A DNA stretch of 64,000 nucleotides from an uncultured Candidatus Rokubacteria bacterium (lineage in GTDB: Bacteria; Methylomirabilota; Methylomirabilia; Rokubacteriales; DASRDR01): the NCBI GenBank assembly GCA_963805625.1, contig CAWDVE010000013.1, positions 512,001 to 576,000 of the forward strand. The letters are read 5' to 3'. Below, one piece after another: positions 28,548-38,125 of this stretch. The notes under the pieces are model-generated. The model was not told the DNA's origin and did not search any database. It saw nothing but the letters and a program-made list of their open reading frames with translations. Both the position numbers and the translations under genes were made by a program. Within the stretch, counting starts at the first letter, position 1, and each line of letters begins with the position of its first letter.

Positions 28548-30416
28548 ATGTGCGGCGTCTGCGGCATCGCGGCTCCCGGCGGAGGGCTCGACAGCGCCCA
28601 GGCGAGCCACCACGTCCGCGCGATGGTCGACGCGCTCGCTCACCGGGGACCGGACGACTCGGGCCTCCACGGGACGAGCGCGGCGGTGCTGGGAGCGACG
28701 CGGCTCGCGATCCGCGGCCTCGCGGACGGCCGGCAGCCGATGGTCGACGCCGGGAGCGGGGTCGTGGTGGTCTGCAACGGCGAGATCGACAATCACGCGA
28801 GCCTCCGAGCGTGGCTGGCGGCGCGCGGGCGTCCCGTCGCCTCCGCCACCGACGTCGCGGTCATTCCCGGTCTCTACCTGGAGCTGGGGGACAGCTTCGT
28901 CGAGCGGCTGGCCGGGGTGTTCGCCGTCGCCATCTGGGACCCCCGCGAGGGCCGGCTGCTCCTGGCCCGTGACCGGGCCGGGGAGCGCCCCCTGTTCTAC
29001 TGTCAGGCGAACGGCATGGTGCGCTTCGCGACCGAGATCGCGGCCCTGAGAGTGGACCCCGCCCTCGAGCTCACGCCGGACCGGAGTGCCCTGGCCCGCT
29101 ACGTCCGGTTCGGATACTTCACGGCGCCCGAGACGCCGTTCACCCAGGTCCGCAAGGTCGCACCGGGAGAGGTGGTCGTCATCGAGCCGGACCGGGTGAC
29201 GCGACGCCGATACTGGCGCTGGGCGATCACGACAGCCCCGAGACGGGTCCCGACGGTCGAGGCGTTCGATGAAATCTTCCGGGAGGCCGTCCGCCGCCAG
29301 TCCGACGCCGAGGTCGAGTGCGGCGTGTTCCTGAGCGGGGGGCTGGATTCCTCCCTCGTCGCGGCGGTCGCGAAGAGCCTCGCGCCCCGCCGCCGGCTCC
29401 GCGCCTACACGCTCCGCTTCGCCGAGACCTCCTACGACGAGGGAGTCTTTGCCGAGCAGATCGCTCGACACCTCGGGCTCGACTGGACCCCTGTCTCCGT
29501 CACGCCGGAGGTGCTCCAGGAGGGCATCCCGGAGCTCATCCGCGTCGTGGGCGAGCCGCTCGCCGATCCGGCCTGGGTGCCCACGGCCCTGCTCGCCCGC
29601 CGGGCGTCACGGGACGTGAAGCTCGCGCTCGTCGGCGAGGGTGCGGACGAGCTGTTCGGAGGGTATCCCACGTACGTCGGCGCCACCCTGGCCGAGCGCT
29701 ACACGCGCCTCCCCAGAGCGGTGCGCGCCGTGCTTCGGGCCCTGGTCGACCGGTGGCCGCCCAGCGACCGCAAGGTGACCCTGTCCTATCTGCTCAAGCG
29801 GTTCGTGGCCGCTGCCGAGCTCAAGGCGGTGGATCGACACCGGCACTGGACGTCGAGCATCTCCCCCGAGCTCCTCGAGCGGCTGGGCATCGAGCACGAC
29901 ACGTCCGACGCGCCCGACGTGGACGGGGAGGTCCTCGACGTCCTCCAGCGAATCGACCTGGAGACCTCCCTGGCAGAGGGGCTCTTGACGAAGGCCGACC
30001 GCGCGAGCATGAACTCGGCCCTCGAGCTCCGCGCTCCCTATCTCGACCAGGCGGTCATGGAGTTCGCCGCGACGCTCCCCGTCGAACAGCGGGTGCGGGG
30101 CGTGGCGACGAAGGTCTTCCTCAAGCGCTTCGCGCTCCGTTACCTGCCGTCCAGGATCGTGTCCCGCCGGAAGCGTGGGCTCTCGGTCCCGCTGGCCCGC
30201 TGGCTCCGGGGGCCGCTCCATGCCTGGGCGGCCTCCCGTCTCGGCGACGATCGGCTCCGCATGGCGGGAGTGGACCCGAACGCGGCGGTCGCACTGCTCG
30301 AAGCGCACCGGAAGCGCCGCGGTGACCACGCGAGAGCCCTCTGGACGCTCATTGTCCTGGCGGAGTGGGTCGCGTGGGCGTCCTGCCAGGGCAGCGCTCC
30401 TGGGGGGGCCAAGTGA
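28548..30416 (+). CDS. asnB: Asparagine synthase (glutamine-hydrolysing) family amidotransferase
   Basis: MCGVCG, HRGPD, RLAI, NGEI, ARDRAGERPL, FLSGGLDSS, GEGADELFGGY, KADRASM. Confidence 0.9.
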   Translation: MCGVCGIAAPGGGLDSAQASHHVRAMVDALAHRGPDDSGLHGTSAAVLGATRLAIRGLADGRQPMVDAGSGVVVVCNGEIDNHASLRAWLAARGRPVASATDVAVIPGLYLELGDSFVERLAGVFAVAIWDPREGRLLLARDRAGERPLFYCQANGMVRFATEIAALRVDPALELTPDRSALARYVRFGYFTAPETPFTQVRKVAPGEVVVIEPDRVTRRRYWRWAITTAPRRVPTVEAFDEIFREAVRRQSDAEVECGVFLSGGLDSSLVAAVAKSLAPRRRLRAYTLRFAETSYDEGVFAEQIARHLGLDWTPVSVTPEVLQEGIPELIRVVGEPLADPAWVPTALLARRASRDVKLALVGEGADELFGGYPTYVGATLAERYTRLPRAVRAVLRALVDRWPPSDRKVTLSYLLKRFVAAAELKAVDRHRHWTSSISPELLERLGIEHDTSDAPDVDGEVLDVLQRIDLETSLAEGLLTKADRASMNSALELRAPYLDQAVMEFAATLPVEQRVRGVATKVFLKRFALRYLPSRIVSRRKRGLSVPLARWLRGPLHAWAASRLGDDRLRMAGVDPNAAVALLEAHRKRRGDHARALWTLIVLAEWVAWASCQGSAPGGAK

Positions 30417-30501
30417 CGCGTTGCCGTCACCGGCGGGATTCGTGCCCCGCCGTCGCCTGGTTCTTCGCTCGGACGGGAGCGACGAGGCGTTGCCGCGGCG
30501 C

Positions 30502-30894
30502 CTATAACAGTCGGCGCAGCCGGTCGGCGATCTCGGTCGGGCCGACCGTGGCCGGGAACACGAGATCCGCACCCGAGCGCGAGGCCGTACGCCCCATTCG
30601 AGCCGCCGCCTCCGCGACGAGAACGAACGGGACCTTCTCTGCGACGGGGTCGCGGCGCAATTCCGCGCAGAATTCGAGGAGCTCCATGTCGGGAACGGTG
30701 CCGGCCAGAACGACGAGGTCGGGGCCTTCGCCCAGACGCGCCAGGGCGGTGGCGCCGTCCTCGACCTGCACGACCTCGTAGCCAGCACGCTCCAGCGCAC
30801 CCTTCAAGGTCTGGCCACGACGCATGGCGGATCGCTCGGTCCCCGATGGCTGCTCGGTCCCGGTTCCCCCGCTCACCAGCAGCAGTGTGCCCAT
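30502..30894 (-). CDS. Stand-alone pseudo-receiver (response-regulator-like) protein
   Basis: LERAGYEV...DGATAL...PDLVVLAGTVPDM...VPFVLV...GAD receiver pattern with the phospho-Asp replaced by Ala. Confidence 0.7.
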   Translation of the reverse strand: MGTLLLVSGGTGTEQPSGTERSAMRRGQTLKGALERAGYEVVQVEDGATALARLGEGPDLVVLAGTVPDMELLEFCAELRRDPVAEKVPFVLVAEAAARMGRTASRSGADLVFPATVGPTEIADRLRRLL

Positions 30895-31183
30895 GGTCGA
30901 TACCGAGATGGCTTGAATGCGAAGGGCGTGCCACGGCGGGGACGCCCCCGCAAGCCGCCGTTGAACCTCAAGTGGATGGACCAGGCCAGCCGCGCCGGCA
31001 TGGCGGAGCGCCACACCGTGTCAAACTTCGGCAACGGGGGTGACCCCGCGCGTCAGAGCACCGAGCCTCACCCCGAGGCACGGTCAGGACACGGCGGTCG
31101 ACGGGGTTGACTTCTACGGGCACGCCTACCACGCTCTAGCGCGTGAAGCCCGTCACGCGCGTCCATTCGGCTCGCTCCCGCCG

Positions 31184-32254
31184 ATGAGTCCCGGCCACAA
31201 CGGCTGTCTCTGCGATCTCGACCCGAGCGTGCCGTACGAGGGGCCGAGCGCGGCGATCGCGACGCTCGGGGGAAGCCCCACGTGGGGCCTCGGAGATCGC
31301 TTCCACGAGCTGGCGGCAGAGCAAGGGCACGCTCGGCTCGGGGTCCATCGCCCCCGGACCCCGTACGGTCTCGGTCCGCAGATCGAGCACTACCGGGCGC
31401 CGGGCGGCCGCGAGTTCCTCCGCATCCCGACCTACGGCCAGGTCGTCGGCGAGGACCCGCTGCTCCGCGCGAGCGAGTGGAAGACGTTCTGGATCCTCTG
31501 GCAGGCGGGCGTGCGGGTCCTCCTGGTCGGCGGCACCAGCGGGAGCTGCGACTGGCGGCGGAGCGTGAGCGACGAGGACGCCGTCCGCCCGGGCGACCTC
31601 GTCCTGCCGCGGAGCTACCTGCCGCGCGATACGATGCCGACCGGGCTCCCGGGCACCGAGCTCGAGTTCTGTCTCGCCCGCCAGGTCGCGATCATGGACG
31701 ACCCCTTCTGCCCGGCGCTCGCGGGAGCGATCCGCGAGGAAGCCCATCGCGTGCCGGGGTTCCGCTTCCGGCGCGTCCACGGCCCCGAGGGAGGCGTCGT
31801 CCTCAATCGCTGGCTTGCTGGCAATGGCTTCGAGTCGCTGGCGAGTTGCCGGGAGCTCGAGCTGTACGGGCGCCTGACCGGGATGCCGGTCATCACCGGC
31901 GACTGCGTCAGCCCGGTGCTGGCCCGGGTCTGCGGGATGCATCTCGGCTACTACCACGTCGTCGCCAACTGGGGAACCGGGCTCGAGCCCGATGATCCCA
32001 CCATCACGCTCGACCGGCTGTACCTCGAGACCCTCCCCCGCGTCGCGGCCACGCTCGAGCTGGCCCTGCTCGGGCGCCTCGACGAGCCGGCCGCGTGCCG
32101 CTGCCGGGCGCTCCTGCGCTCTCGCCCTCCGGAGTACGCGCGGGCGTTCTCCCCCCGCCGTGAGGGCGCGCCGGCTCGGGCTGCTCCTCCCCTCCTCGGG
32201 CACGGTCCAGGAGGTGGGACACGATCGCCGCCGCGCTCGGCGTGCCCGTCGTGA
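31184..32254 (+). CDS. Highly divergent MTAP/PNP-family protein
   Basis: IATLGGS, TPYG, RPGDLVLP, MDDPFCPAL, LARVCGM, VVANWG, C-terminal CRC; true stop may be TGA 32161-32163 if one C is missing from a C-run. Confidence 0.7.
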   Translation: MSPGHNGCLCDLDPSVPYEGPSAAIATLGGSPTWGLGDRFHELAAEQGHARLGVHRPRTPYGLGPQIEHYRAPGGREFLRIPTYGQVVGEDPLLRASEWKTFWILWQAGVRVLLVGGTSGSCDWRRSVSDEDAVRPGDLVLPRSYLPRDTMPTGLPGTELEFCLARQVAIMDDPFCPALAGAIREEAHRVPGFRFRRVHGPEGGVVLNRWLAGNGFESLASCRELELYGRLTGMPVITGDCVSPVLARVCGMHLGYYHVVANWGTGLEPDDPTITLDRLYLETLPRVAATLELALLGRLDEPAACRCRALLRSRPPEYARAFSPRREGAPARAAPPLLGHGPGGGTRSPPRSACPS

Positions 32255-32313
32255 CCAGCAACCAGGCGGCGCTCGGCGCCGCGCTGCGCGTGCTCGACGG
32301 GGACCGCGGGTGA
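32160..32313 (+). pseudogene. Collapsed maleate isomerase / Asp-Glu racemase family gene
   Basis: N-terminal RLGLLLPSSGTVQE joined out of frame to C-terminal AALGVPVVTSNQAALGAALR; the whole middle is missing. Confidence 0.7.
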
Positions 32314-32353
32314 GCCGCCGGGAACAGGCGGGCGGAGCGGGCCGGGACGACGC

Positions 32354-32590
32354 TCAGGGATTCAGCGCCTTCCGCCGTTCCAGCTCGGCGGCCACCAGCC
32401 GAGCGACGTTCTCGTGGCCGGCGGCCCTCAGGTGGCCGTCCAGCACGTAGTAGTCGGCCGGCCCGAGCGCGCGCGACACGTCGACGGCGTTGACCCATCG
32501 CGCGAGCGCCACGTATCGCGGCTGGGCGAGCCAGCCGCGCAGCGCGCCGACGAACCGCCGCGACGTGCATCGGGCCAGCCGCCCGATATA
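32354..32590 (-). pseudogene. C-terminal remnant of an SGNH/GDSL-type hydrolase
   Basis: VDVSRALGPADYYVLDGHLRAAGHENVARLVAAEL (DxH block V motif); no credible N-terminus. Confidence 0.5.
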
Positions 32591-32599
32591 CAGTGAGCG

Positions 32600-34087
32600 A
32601 TGCTGGTGAACTCGGACGCGGCCAACAGAGAGCGACGGACGCCGAGCGACGGGCCGCCCGGAGCCGCGGCCGTCGCTCCCCTGGAACGGCTCCGTCCGCT
32701 CGTGGTCCTCCTCCTCGCCGCGCTGGTCCTGTTCACGGCTCGCATGGGGGACCTGAGCCTCGCCTCGCTGGAGGATGCCTTCTACGCGCGCGAGGCGGTG
32801 GAGATGGCCCGGAGCGGTCGCATCTACACCGTCACCTGGAACGGGGTGCCCACGCACCAGCACCCGCCGCTCCACCTCTGGCTCGTCGCCCGGACCTTCG
32901 ACGCCCTCGGCGAGCGCGACCTCGCCGCGCGGCTCCCCACGGTGCTGCTGGCGCTCGGCACTCTTGCCCTCACCTGGCGGATCGGCGTGCTCACCGTCGG
33001 ACGCGCGGCCGCCGTCGCCGCGACGGCGTGTCTCCTCGCCACGCCGATCTTCGTCGACAACGCGCGCCGCCTCATGATGGAGGTGCCCCTCACGTTCTGG
33101 ATCACGGCCACCGTATGGGTGTACCTGGAGGCGCGTGGCCGCCCCCGGTGGCAGGTCGCGCTCGCGGTGCCCCTCGGCGCGGCCATCCTGACGAAGAGCG
33201 TGCTCGGCCTGATGCCGCTCCTCGCGCTCGTGGGCGTGCTCGCCAGCGAGGAATTACGCGCGCCCCTCCGCCGGCCCTGGGCGTGGATCGGTCTCGGACT
33301 CGGCCTCGGCATCGGCGCGTCGTGGCTCGTCCACCAGTGGTGGACGCAGGGACCGGACGCCGTGGCGTCGCACCTCCTCGCGCACGTGGTCCGGCGATCC
33401 TCGCGGTCCTTCCGTCTCCGCGCCCTCTACGCCTACCCGCTGATCCTGCTGAAGTTCTACCAGCCGATCATCCTCCCCGCCCTCGTGGGGCTCTGGCTCG
33501 TCCTCCGCCGGCCGGGCGGACTCCGCTCCCGGGCCTCCGTCCTCGCGGCCTGGATCGTGCTCCCCGTGGTCCTCTACAGCCTGTCGTCCTTCCGGACGCC
33601 GCGCTTCATCTTCCCGATCCTGTCGCCGCTCGCGCTCTGCGCCGGTCACGCCCTCGTCCTGATCGTCCCGCGCGTCGCGGCTCTCCTCGCATCGGTCCTG
33701 GTCCCGGCCGCCGCGGTGATCGTCGCCCTCCTCTTCTGGTGGACCCCGTCCCTCCTGACGCGGGACCCGAATGCCGCCTTCAAGCGGAACGCGGGGACGA
33801 TCCAGGCGCTGGCGCCCGCAGGCGAGTCGGTGCCGTACCTCGGGAGCCACTACTGGGCGTCGGCAAACCCACTCCTCTACTATGGCGAGCGCCACCTCGC
33901 GCTCTCCAGCCGGTCAGGCGCCGAGGCGGTCGAGGCGGCGCGGCGCCACGGTGGCCGGCTCATCCTGGTGACGCGGAAGCGGCTGCCCGAGCTGGCGGGC
34001 CTCGACGCCCCCCACGAGACCCTCCTTGAGGGGCGCGACTGGGTCCTGCTTCGTTTCACCGCGGCGGGCGGCAGCCCGGGCGGCTGA
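32600..34087 (+). CDS. Second ArnT/PMT-like membrane glycosyltransferase
   Basis: LEDAFYAREAVEM, HQHPPLHLW, AARLP, MEVPL, LTKS, PRFIFP; many TM helices. Confidence 0.85.
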   Translation: MLVNSDAANRERRTPSDGPPGAAAVAPLERLRPLVVLLLAALVLFTARMGDLSLASLEDAFYAREAVEMARSGRIYTVTWNGVPTHQHPPLHLWLVARTFDALGERDLAARLPTVLLALGTLALTWRIGVLTVGRAAAVAATACLLATPIFVDNARRLMMEVPLTFWITATVWVYLEARGRPRWQVALAVPLGAAILTKSVLGLMPLLALVGVLASEELRAPLRRPWAWIGLGLGLGIGASWLVHQWWTQGPDAVASHLLAHVVRRSSRSFRLRALYAYPLILLKFYQPIILPALVGLWLVLRRPGGLRSRASVLAAWIVLPVVLYSLSSFRTPRFIFPILSPLALCAGHALVLIVPRVAALLASVLVPAAAVIVALLFWWTPSLLTRDPNAAFKRNAGTIQALAPAGESVPYLGSHYWASANPLLYYGERHLALSSRSGAEAVEAARRHGGRLILVTRKRLPELAGLDAPHETLLEGRDWVLLRFTAAGGSPGG

Positions 34088-34105
34088 GGACAGCCTGCCC
34101 GGCGC

Positions 34106-34588
34106 TCAGGGATGCTCGAAGCAGTAGTAGATGTAGTCGAGGTCGCCGGGCGAGCGCCCGAGACGCTCGAGAAGCAATCCCGTCTCCGCCCGGTGTGCCG
34201 TGCCGTGGTTCACGACGTGCGTGATCGCGTGCGCCAGCACGACCTGGCGCGCGTTCCCGCGGAGATCCGTGTAGCGGAGCACCCGATCGGCGTCGGTGTC
34301 GGAGAGCCCGGCGACGTACGCGCGGAGGGCCCCGTGCGTTGCCGCGTAGGCCTCGCGCCAGGGCTCGGCGATGGTCTGGTCGTAGGGCGGCGCCTCGCCG
34401 CGCCACCGCGCGAGCCAGTTACGCTGCGCCACGAGCGTGTGCCGGACGTTCGCCGCGATCGTCCCGAAGTACGCCTCGCGCGGCCGGGTGAGCTCCTCGG
34501 TCGAGAGTCCGTCGAGCGCTGTCAGGATCCGTTCGTCCGCCCACTGGTTGTAGGCGACCAGCCGGCGCAGCTGTCCCGAGTCAGCCAT
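34106..34588 (-). CDS. DinB family protein
   Basis: GGAGGG RBS; YNQWADERI, RHT, HVVNHGTAHRAE, DLDYI. Confidence 0.88.
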   Translation of the reverse strand: MADSGQLRRLVAYNQWADERILTALDGLSTEELTRPREAYFGTIAANVRHTLVAQRNWLARWRGEAPPYDQTIAEPWREAYAATHGALRAYVAGLSDTDADRVLRYTDLRGNARQVVLAHAITHVVNHGTAHRAETGLLLERLGRSPGDLDYIYYCFEHP

Positions 34589-34787
34589 GCCCGTTCCCTC
34601 CCTGCGTGAATGTGTCGTCGCGGCCCTGATCACCGTCCGGCCGCCGGAGGCAGCGTAGCATGCCGCCCGGCGACTGGACGGGCGCGCATGGCGGGAGATC
34701 CCCGCCTGTGGCAACATTTCGGACGGTCGGGCCGTGCCGCCCCGCCCTCGACGCCACCCGCGACGCGAGCATGACACGAGGAGACTC

Positions 34788-35903
34788 ATGAAGATCACCG
34801 ACGTCCGCACGATCCCACTGTCAGGGGCCACCCACGACACGGGCTGGCCCGGCGGCACCCGGACCGACGAGCAGATGAACACACTCCTCGAGGTGACGAC
34901 CGACGAGGGTCTCAGCGGGATCGGCAGCGTCTTCACGAGCCAGGCCCTGGTGGAGGCGGCGCTCCAGCTCCTCCGGCCCATGCTGATCGGGGAGACGGGC
35001 CTCGAGGCCGAGCGGGTCGCCGAAAAGCTTCGCCAGATGACCTTCTGGCAGGGGCGGGGGGGCAGCGTCGAGCACGCGATCAGCGGCATCGACATCGCGC
35101 TGTGGGACCTCCAGGGGCATGCACTCGGTCAACCCGTCTCGCGGCTCCTCGGCGGCAACTATCGGGATCGCATCAAGCCCTACGCCTCGATCCTCTTCGA
35201 CCACCCCCCGGTGCTCCGCGAGAAGCTCCTGGTCCAGACCTCGCGCGGCTTCCGCGCGATCAAGATGGGCTGGCGCCCGTTCGGCCGCGTCAGCCGGAAG
35301 CTCGACGAGCTGCTGATCAAGACCGCGCGCGAGACGGTGGGAGAGGACGTGGAGCTGATGGTCGACGCGGGCGGAAGCGAGCAGTTCTGGCCCCACGGCG
35401 TCTCCTGGGCTCGCGAGACCGCCAGGATGCTGGGCGACTACGGGATCGTCTGGTTCGAGGAGGCTCTCCGCCCCGACGACGTCACAGGCTTCAAGGAGCT
35501 CCGCCAGACCTCGCCCGTCCTCGTCGCCACCGGCGAGGTCCTCACGCGCCGCCAGGCATTCCAGCCCTTCATCACCGAGCGGGCGGTCGACGTGATCCAG
35601 CCGGACGCCACCAAGTGTGGCGGGCTCTCGGAGGTGCGCCGGATCGGCTGGATGGCGCAGGACCACGGGGTCCTCCTGGTCCCCCATGGCTGGAACACGG
35701 GCATCGGCGTGGCCGCGGACCTGGCGCTCAGCGCCGCGATGCCGGTCGCCCGCTGGGTCGAGTACCAGACCGGCGTGCCGTACATCGAGGACATCATCGA
35801 TCCGCCGTTCCGGCTGGACGACGAGGGGATGCTCCGGGTGCCCACGGGCCCGGGCCTCGGCGTGCGGTTGAACCGGGACGCGCTCAGGCGCTACACGCGA
35901 TGA
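34788..35903 (+). CDS. Mandelate racemase/muconate lactonizing enzyme family (enolase superfamily, likely acid-sugar dehydratase)
   Basis: GAGGAG RBS; SGIDIALWDL, AIKMG, LMVDAG, WFEE, TGE, QPDATKCGG, PHGW. Confidence 0.9.
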   Translation: MKITDVRTIPLSGATHDTGWPGGTRTDEQMNTLLEVTTDEGLSGIGSVFTSQALVEAALQLLRPMLIGETGLEAERVAEKLRQMTFWQGRGGSVEHAISGIDIALWDLQGHALGQPVSRLLGGNYRDRIKPYASILFDHPPVLREKLLVQTSRGFRAIKMGWRPFGRVSRKLDELLIKTARETVGEDVELMVDAGGSEQFWPHGVSWARETARMLGDYGIVWFEEALRPDDVTGFKELRQTSPVLVATGEVLTRRQAFQPFITERAVDVIQPDATKCGGLSEVRRIGWMAQDHGVLLVPHGWNTGIGVAADLALSAAMPVARWVEYQTGVPYIEDIIDPPFRLDDEGMLRVPTGPGLGVRLNRDALRRYTR

Positions 35904-36343
35904 CGAGCTGGCCCGTCCGCCCCGGACGCGCGCGCGCGCGGGGCATCGTGGCGGCCCTGCTCCTCCTTACCGCCACCGGCTGCACTGGGGGCGGACCTGC
36001 TCCGGCCCCCCTGCCGGGTACCCAGGCCCTCGTCCGGAGCGAGCTCTACTTCGGCCGGCTCAAGCCGGACGGCAGCGTCGTGACGGACGCCGAGTGGCGG
36101 ACCTTCGTCGCGGAGCAGGTCGTCCCCCGCTTCCCCGACGGCTTCACCGTGCTCGACGCCCTGGGCCAGTACCGCGGCCGCGATGGCAAGATCATCGCGG
36201 AACCGACGAAGGTCCTGCTGATCGTCCACGGGCCGGATGCCCGGCCGCGCGCATCGATCCAGGAGCTCCGCGACGTCTACCGCCAGCTCTTCCAGCAAGA
36301 GTCGGTGCTCCTGATCGAGAATCCCGCCCGCGCCGGCTTCTGA
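35900..36343 (+). CDS. DUF3574 family lipoprotein
   Basis: ATGA overlap; TATGC lipobox; ELYFG, W..FV...V.PRFPDGFTVLDALGQY, FQQESVL. Confidence 0.85.
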   Translation: MTSWPVRPGRARARGIVAALLLLTATGCTGGGPAPAPLPGTQALVRSELYFGRLKPDGSVVTDAEWRTFVAEQVVPRFPDGFTVLDALGQYRGRDGKIIAEPTKVLLIVHGPDARPRASIQELRDVYRQLFQQESVLLIENPARAGF

Positions 36344-36355
36344 CGAGGTCAGACC

Positions 36356-37399
36356 TTGGCGACCCGGCAATCCGACACCCTGCCCTCACCGGCCTCGGCC
36401 GGCCGGCCCCGGACCGTCGATGAGAACGGCGCCTTCCGTCCACCCTGGTGGGGCAGGAACGGCCACGTTCAGACGATCTGGGGCCCCCTCTTCCGGAATG
36501 AACGCCTCTCGCTCCGCCGGGAGCGGCTGGCGACGCCCGACGGCGACTTCGTCGACCTCGACTGGCTCGACGGCGATGGAGACGCGACCGGAGCACCGAG
36601 ACTCCTCGTGCTCCACGGGCTCGAGGGGTCATCGCGATCTCACTACGCGTCGGGGCTCCTCCGGGCGGGGCGGGCGGCGGGCTGGCACGGCGTCGTGTTC
36701 AACTTTCGCTCCTGCAGCGGCGAGCTGAACCGCCTCCCGCGCTTCTACCACTCCGGCGAGACGGGCGACCTCGCCTGGGTGGTCCAGACGCTCGTCGCGC
36801 GTGCCCCCGGCGTCCCGATCGGCGCCGTCGGTGTCTCGCTCGGCGGCAACGTCCTCCTCAAGTGGCTCGGGGAGGTGGGCGGGGCGGCGCCGGCGGAGCT
36901 CCGGGGCGCGGTCGGGATCTCGGTCCCCTTCGACGTGGCCGCCTCCGCGCGTGTGCTCGACCGCGGCTTCCATCGTCTCGTCTACGCCGCCAACTTCCTG
37001 AAGACGATGCGCTCGAAGGTGATCGAGAAGGAGCGGCGGTACCCGGGCTTCGTCGACGTCGCGGCGATGCGCCAGGCGCGAACCTTCGCCCGGTACGACC
37101 GGGTCGTCACGGCGCCGTTGAACGGCTTCCGGGACGAGGTCGACTACTGGACCCGGGCCTCGAGCGGCCCCTACCTCGCGCGGATCCGCCGCCCGACTCT
37201 CCTCCTCGGCGCCCACGACGACCCGATCGTGCCCGGACGGACCCTGCCGGATCCCCGGGACCTTCCGCTGGACGTCCGGACCGAGTTCACCGCGCGCGGC
37301 GGCCACGCCGGGTTCCTCGAGGGCCGATGGCCCTGGCGTGCGGGGTCGTGGGCGGAGCGGCGCGCCGTGGAGTTCCTGACTTCCCTGCTGCGAGGTTGA
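36356..37399 (+). CDS. YheT-like alpha/beta hydrolase
   Basis: NGHVQTI, DGDFVDLDW, HGLEGSS, YHSGETGD, GVSLGGN, DDP, GGHAGF. Confidence 0.9.
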   Translation: MATRQSDTLPSPASAGRPRTVDENGAFRPPWWGRNGHVQTIWGPLFRNERLSLRRERLATPDGDFVDLDWLDGDGDATGAPRLLVLHGLEGSSRSHYASGLLRAGRAAGWHGVVFNFRSCSGELNRLPRFYHSGETGDLAWVVQTLVARAPGVPIGAVGVSLGGNVLLKWLGEVGGAAPAELRGAVGISVPFDVAASARVLDRGFHRLVYAANFLKTMRSKVIEKERRYPGFVDVAAMRQARTFARYDRVVTAPLNGFRDEVDYWTRASSGPYLARIRRPTLLLGAHDDPIVPGRTLPDPRDLPLDVRTEFTARGGHAGFLEGRWPWRAGSWAERRAVEFLTSLLRG

Positions 37400-37516
37400 C
37401 GGGAGCTTGCTACGATGGCGCGGGCGCCCGTTCGATTCGCCCCGCGCCGATCGCCGTGCCGCCGGGAAGCCGCGCCCCGAGGAGTTGTGCCCCAGGGAAC
37501 CGTGCCCGAAGGAGCC

Positions 37517-38062
37517 ATGCAAATGACGCATCCCGAGCTGACCTCCCCGCTAGGCCCGCGCGAGGTGGCCAACGCGCTCCGGGCCACGCTCCTCGCCGTG
37601 CGCGTGGAGTGCACCGGGCTGCCCGGGGCCATGCTGCGCTGGCACCCTGCTCCCGGCGAATGGTGCGTCCTCGATGTCCTCGGTCATCTGATCGAGGCCG
37701 AGGAGCGCGGCTTCGCGGGCCGCGTCCGGACCCTCCTCGCCGAGACCGATCCCGAGTTCCGGACCTGGGACCCGGACGCCGTTTCGCGGGACCGGCGGGA
37801 TTGCGAGCGCGATTTTTCGGCACTCCTGGCCGAGTGGACGCGCCTCCGGGAGGCGAGCACCGCGCTGGTCGACACACTCCGTCCCGGGGATCTCTCGCGA
37901 GCCGGCCGCCACCCCCATGTGGGGCGGCTGTCCATCGCGGAGCTCCTGGCCGAATGGGTCCACCACGATCGCAATCACCACCGGCAGATCCTGGCCAACG
38001 TCCAGGCGTACGTCTGGCCGCATATGGGGAATGCCCAGCGCTTCTCCCGACCCGGCCCATGA
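37517..38062 (+). CDS. DinB_2 family protein
   Basis: GAAGGAG RBS; GEWCVLDVLGHLIEAE, HHDRNHHRQI. Confidence 0.85.
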   Translation: MQMTHPELTSPLGPREVANALRATLLAVRVECTGLPGAMLRWHPAPGEWCVLDVLGHLIEAEERGFAGRVRTLLAETDPEFRTWDPDAVSRDRRDCERDFSALLAEWTRLREASTALVDTLRPGDLSRAGRHPHVGRLSIAELLAEWVHHDRNHHRQILANVQAYVWPHMGNAQRFSRPGP

Positions 38063-38125
38063 CCGGGCGGGCCGGGAACGGACGCCGCGGCACCGCTCAC
38101 GCTGACTGACCAAAGGAGCCCGACC

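Noticed and set aside
28548-30416. AsnB as a lasso-peptide cyclase (with the nucleotidyltransferase at 56874)
   Set aside because: It has an intact N-terminal Cys glutaminase domain, no B1/B2 or precursor genes are adjacent, and the two genes are about 26 kb apart.
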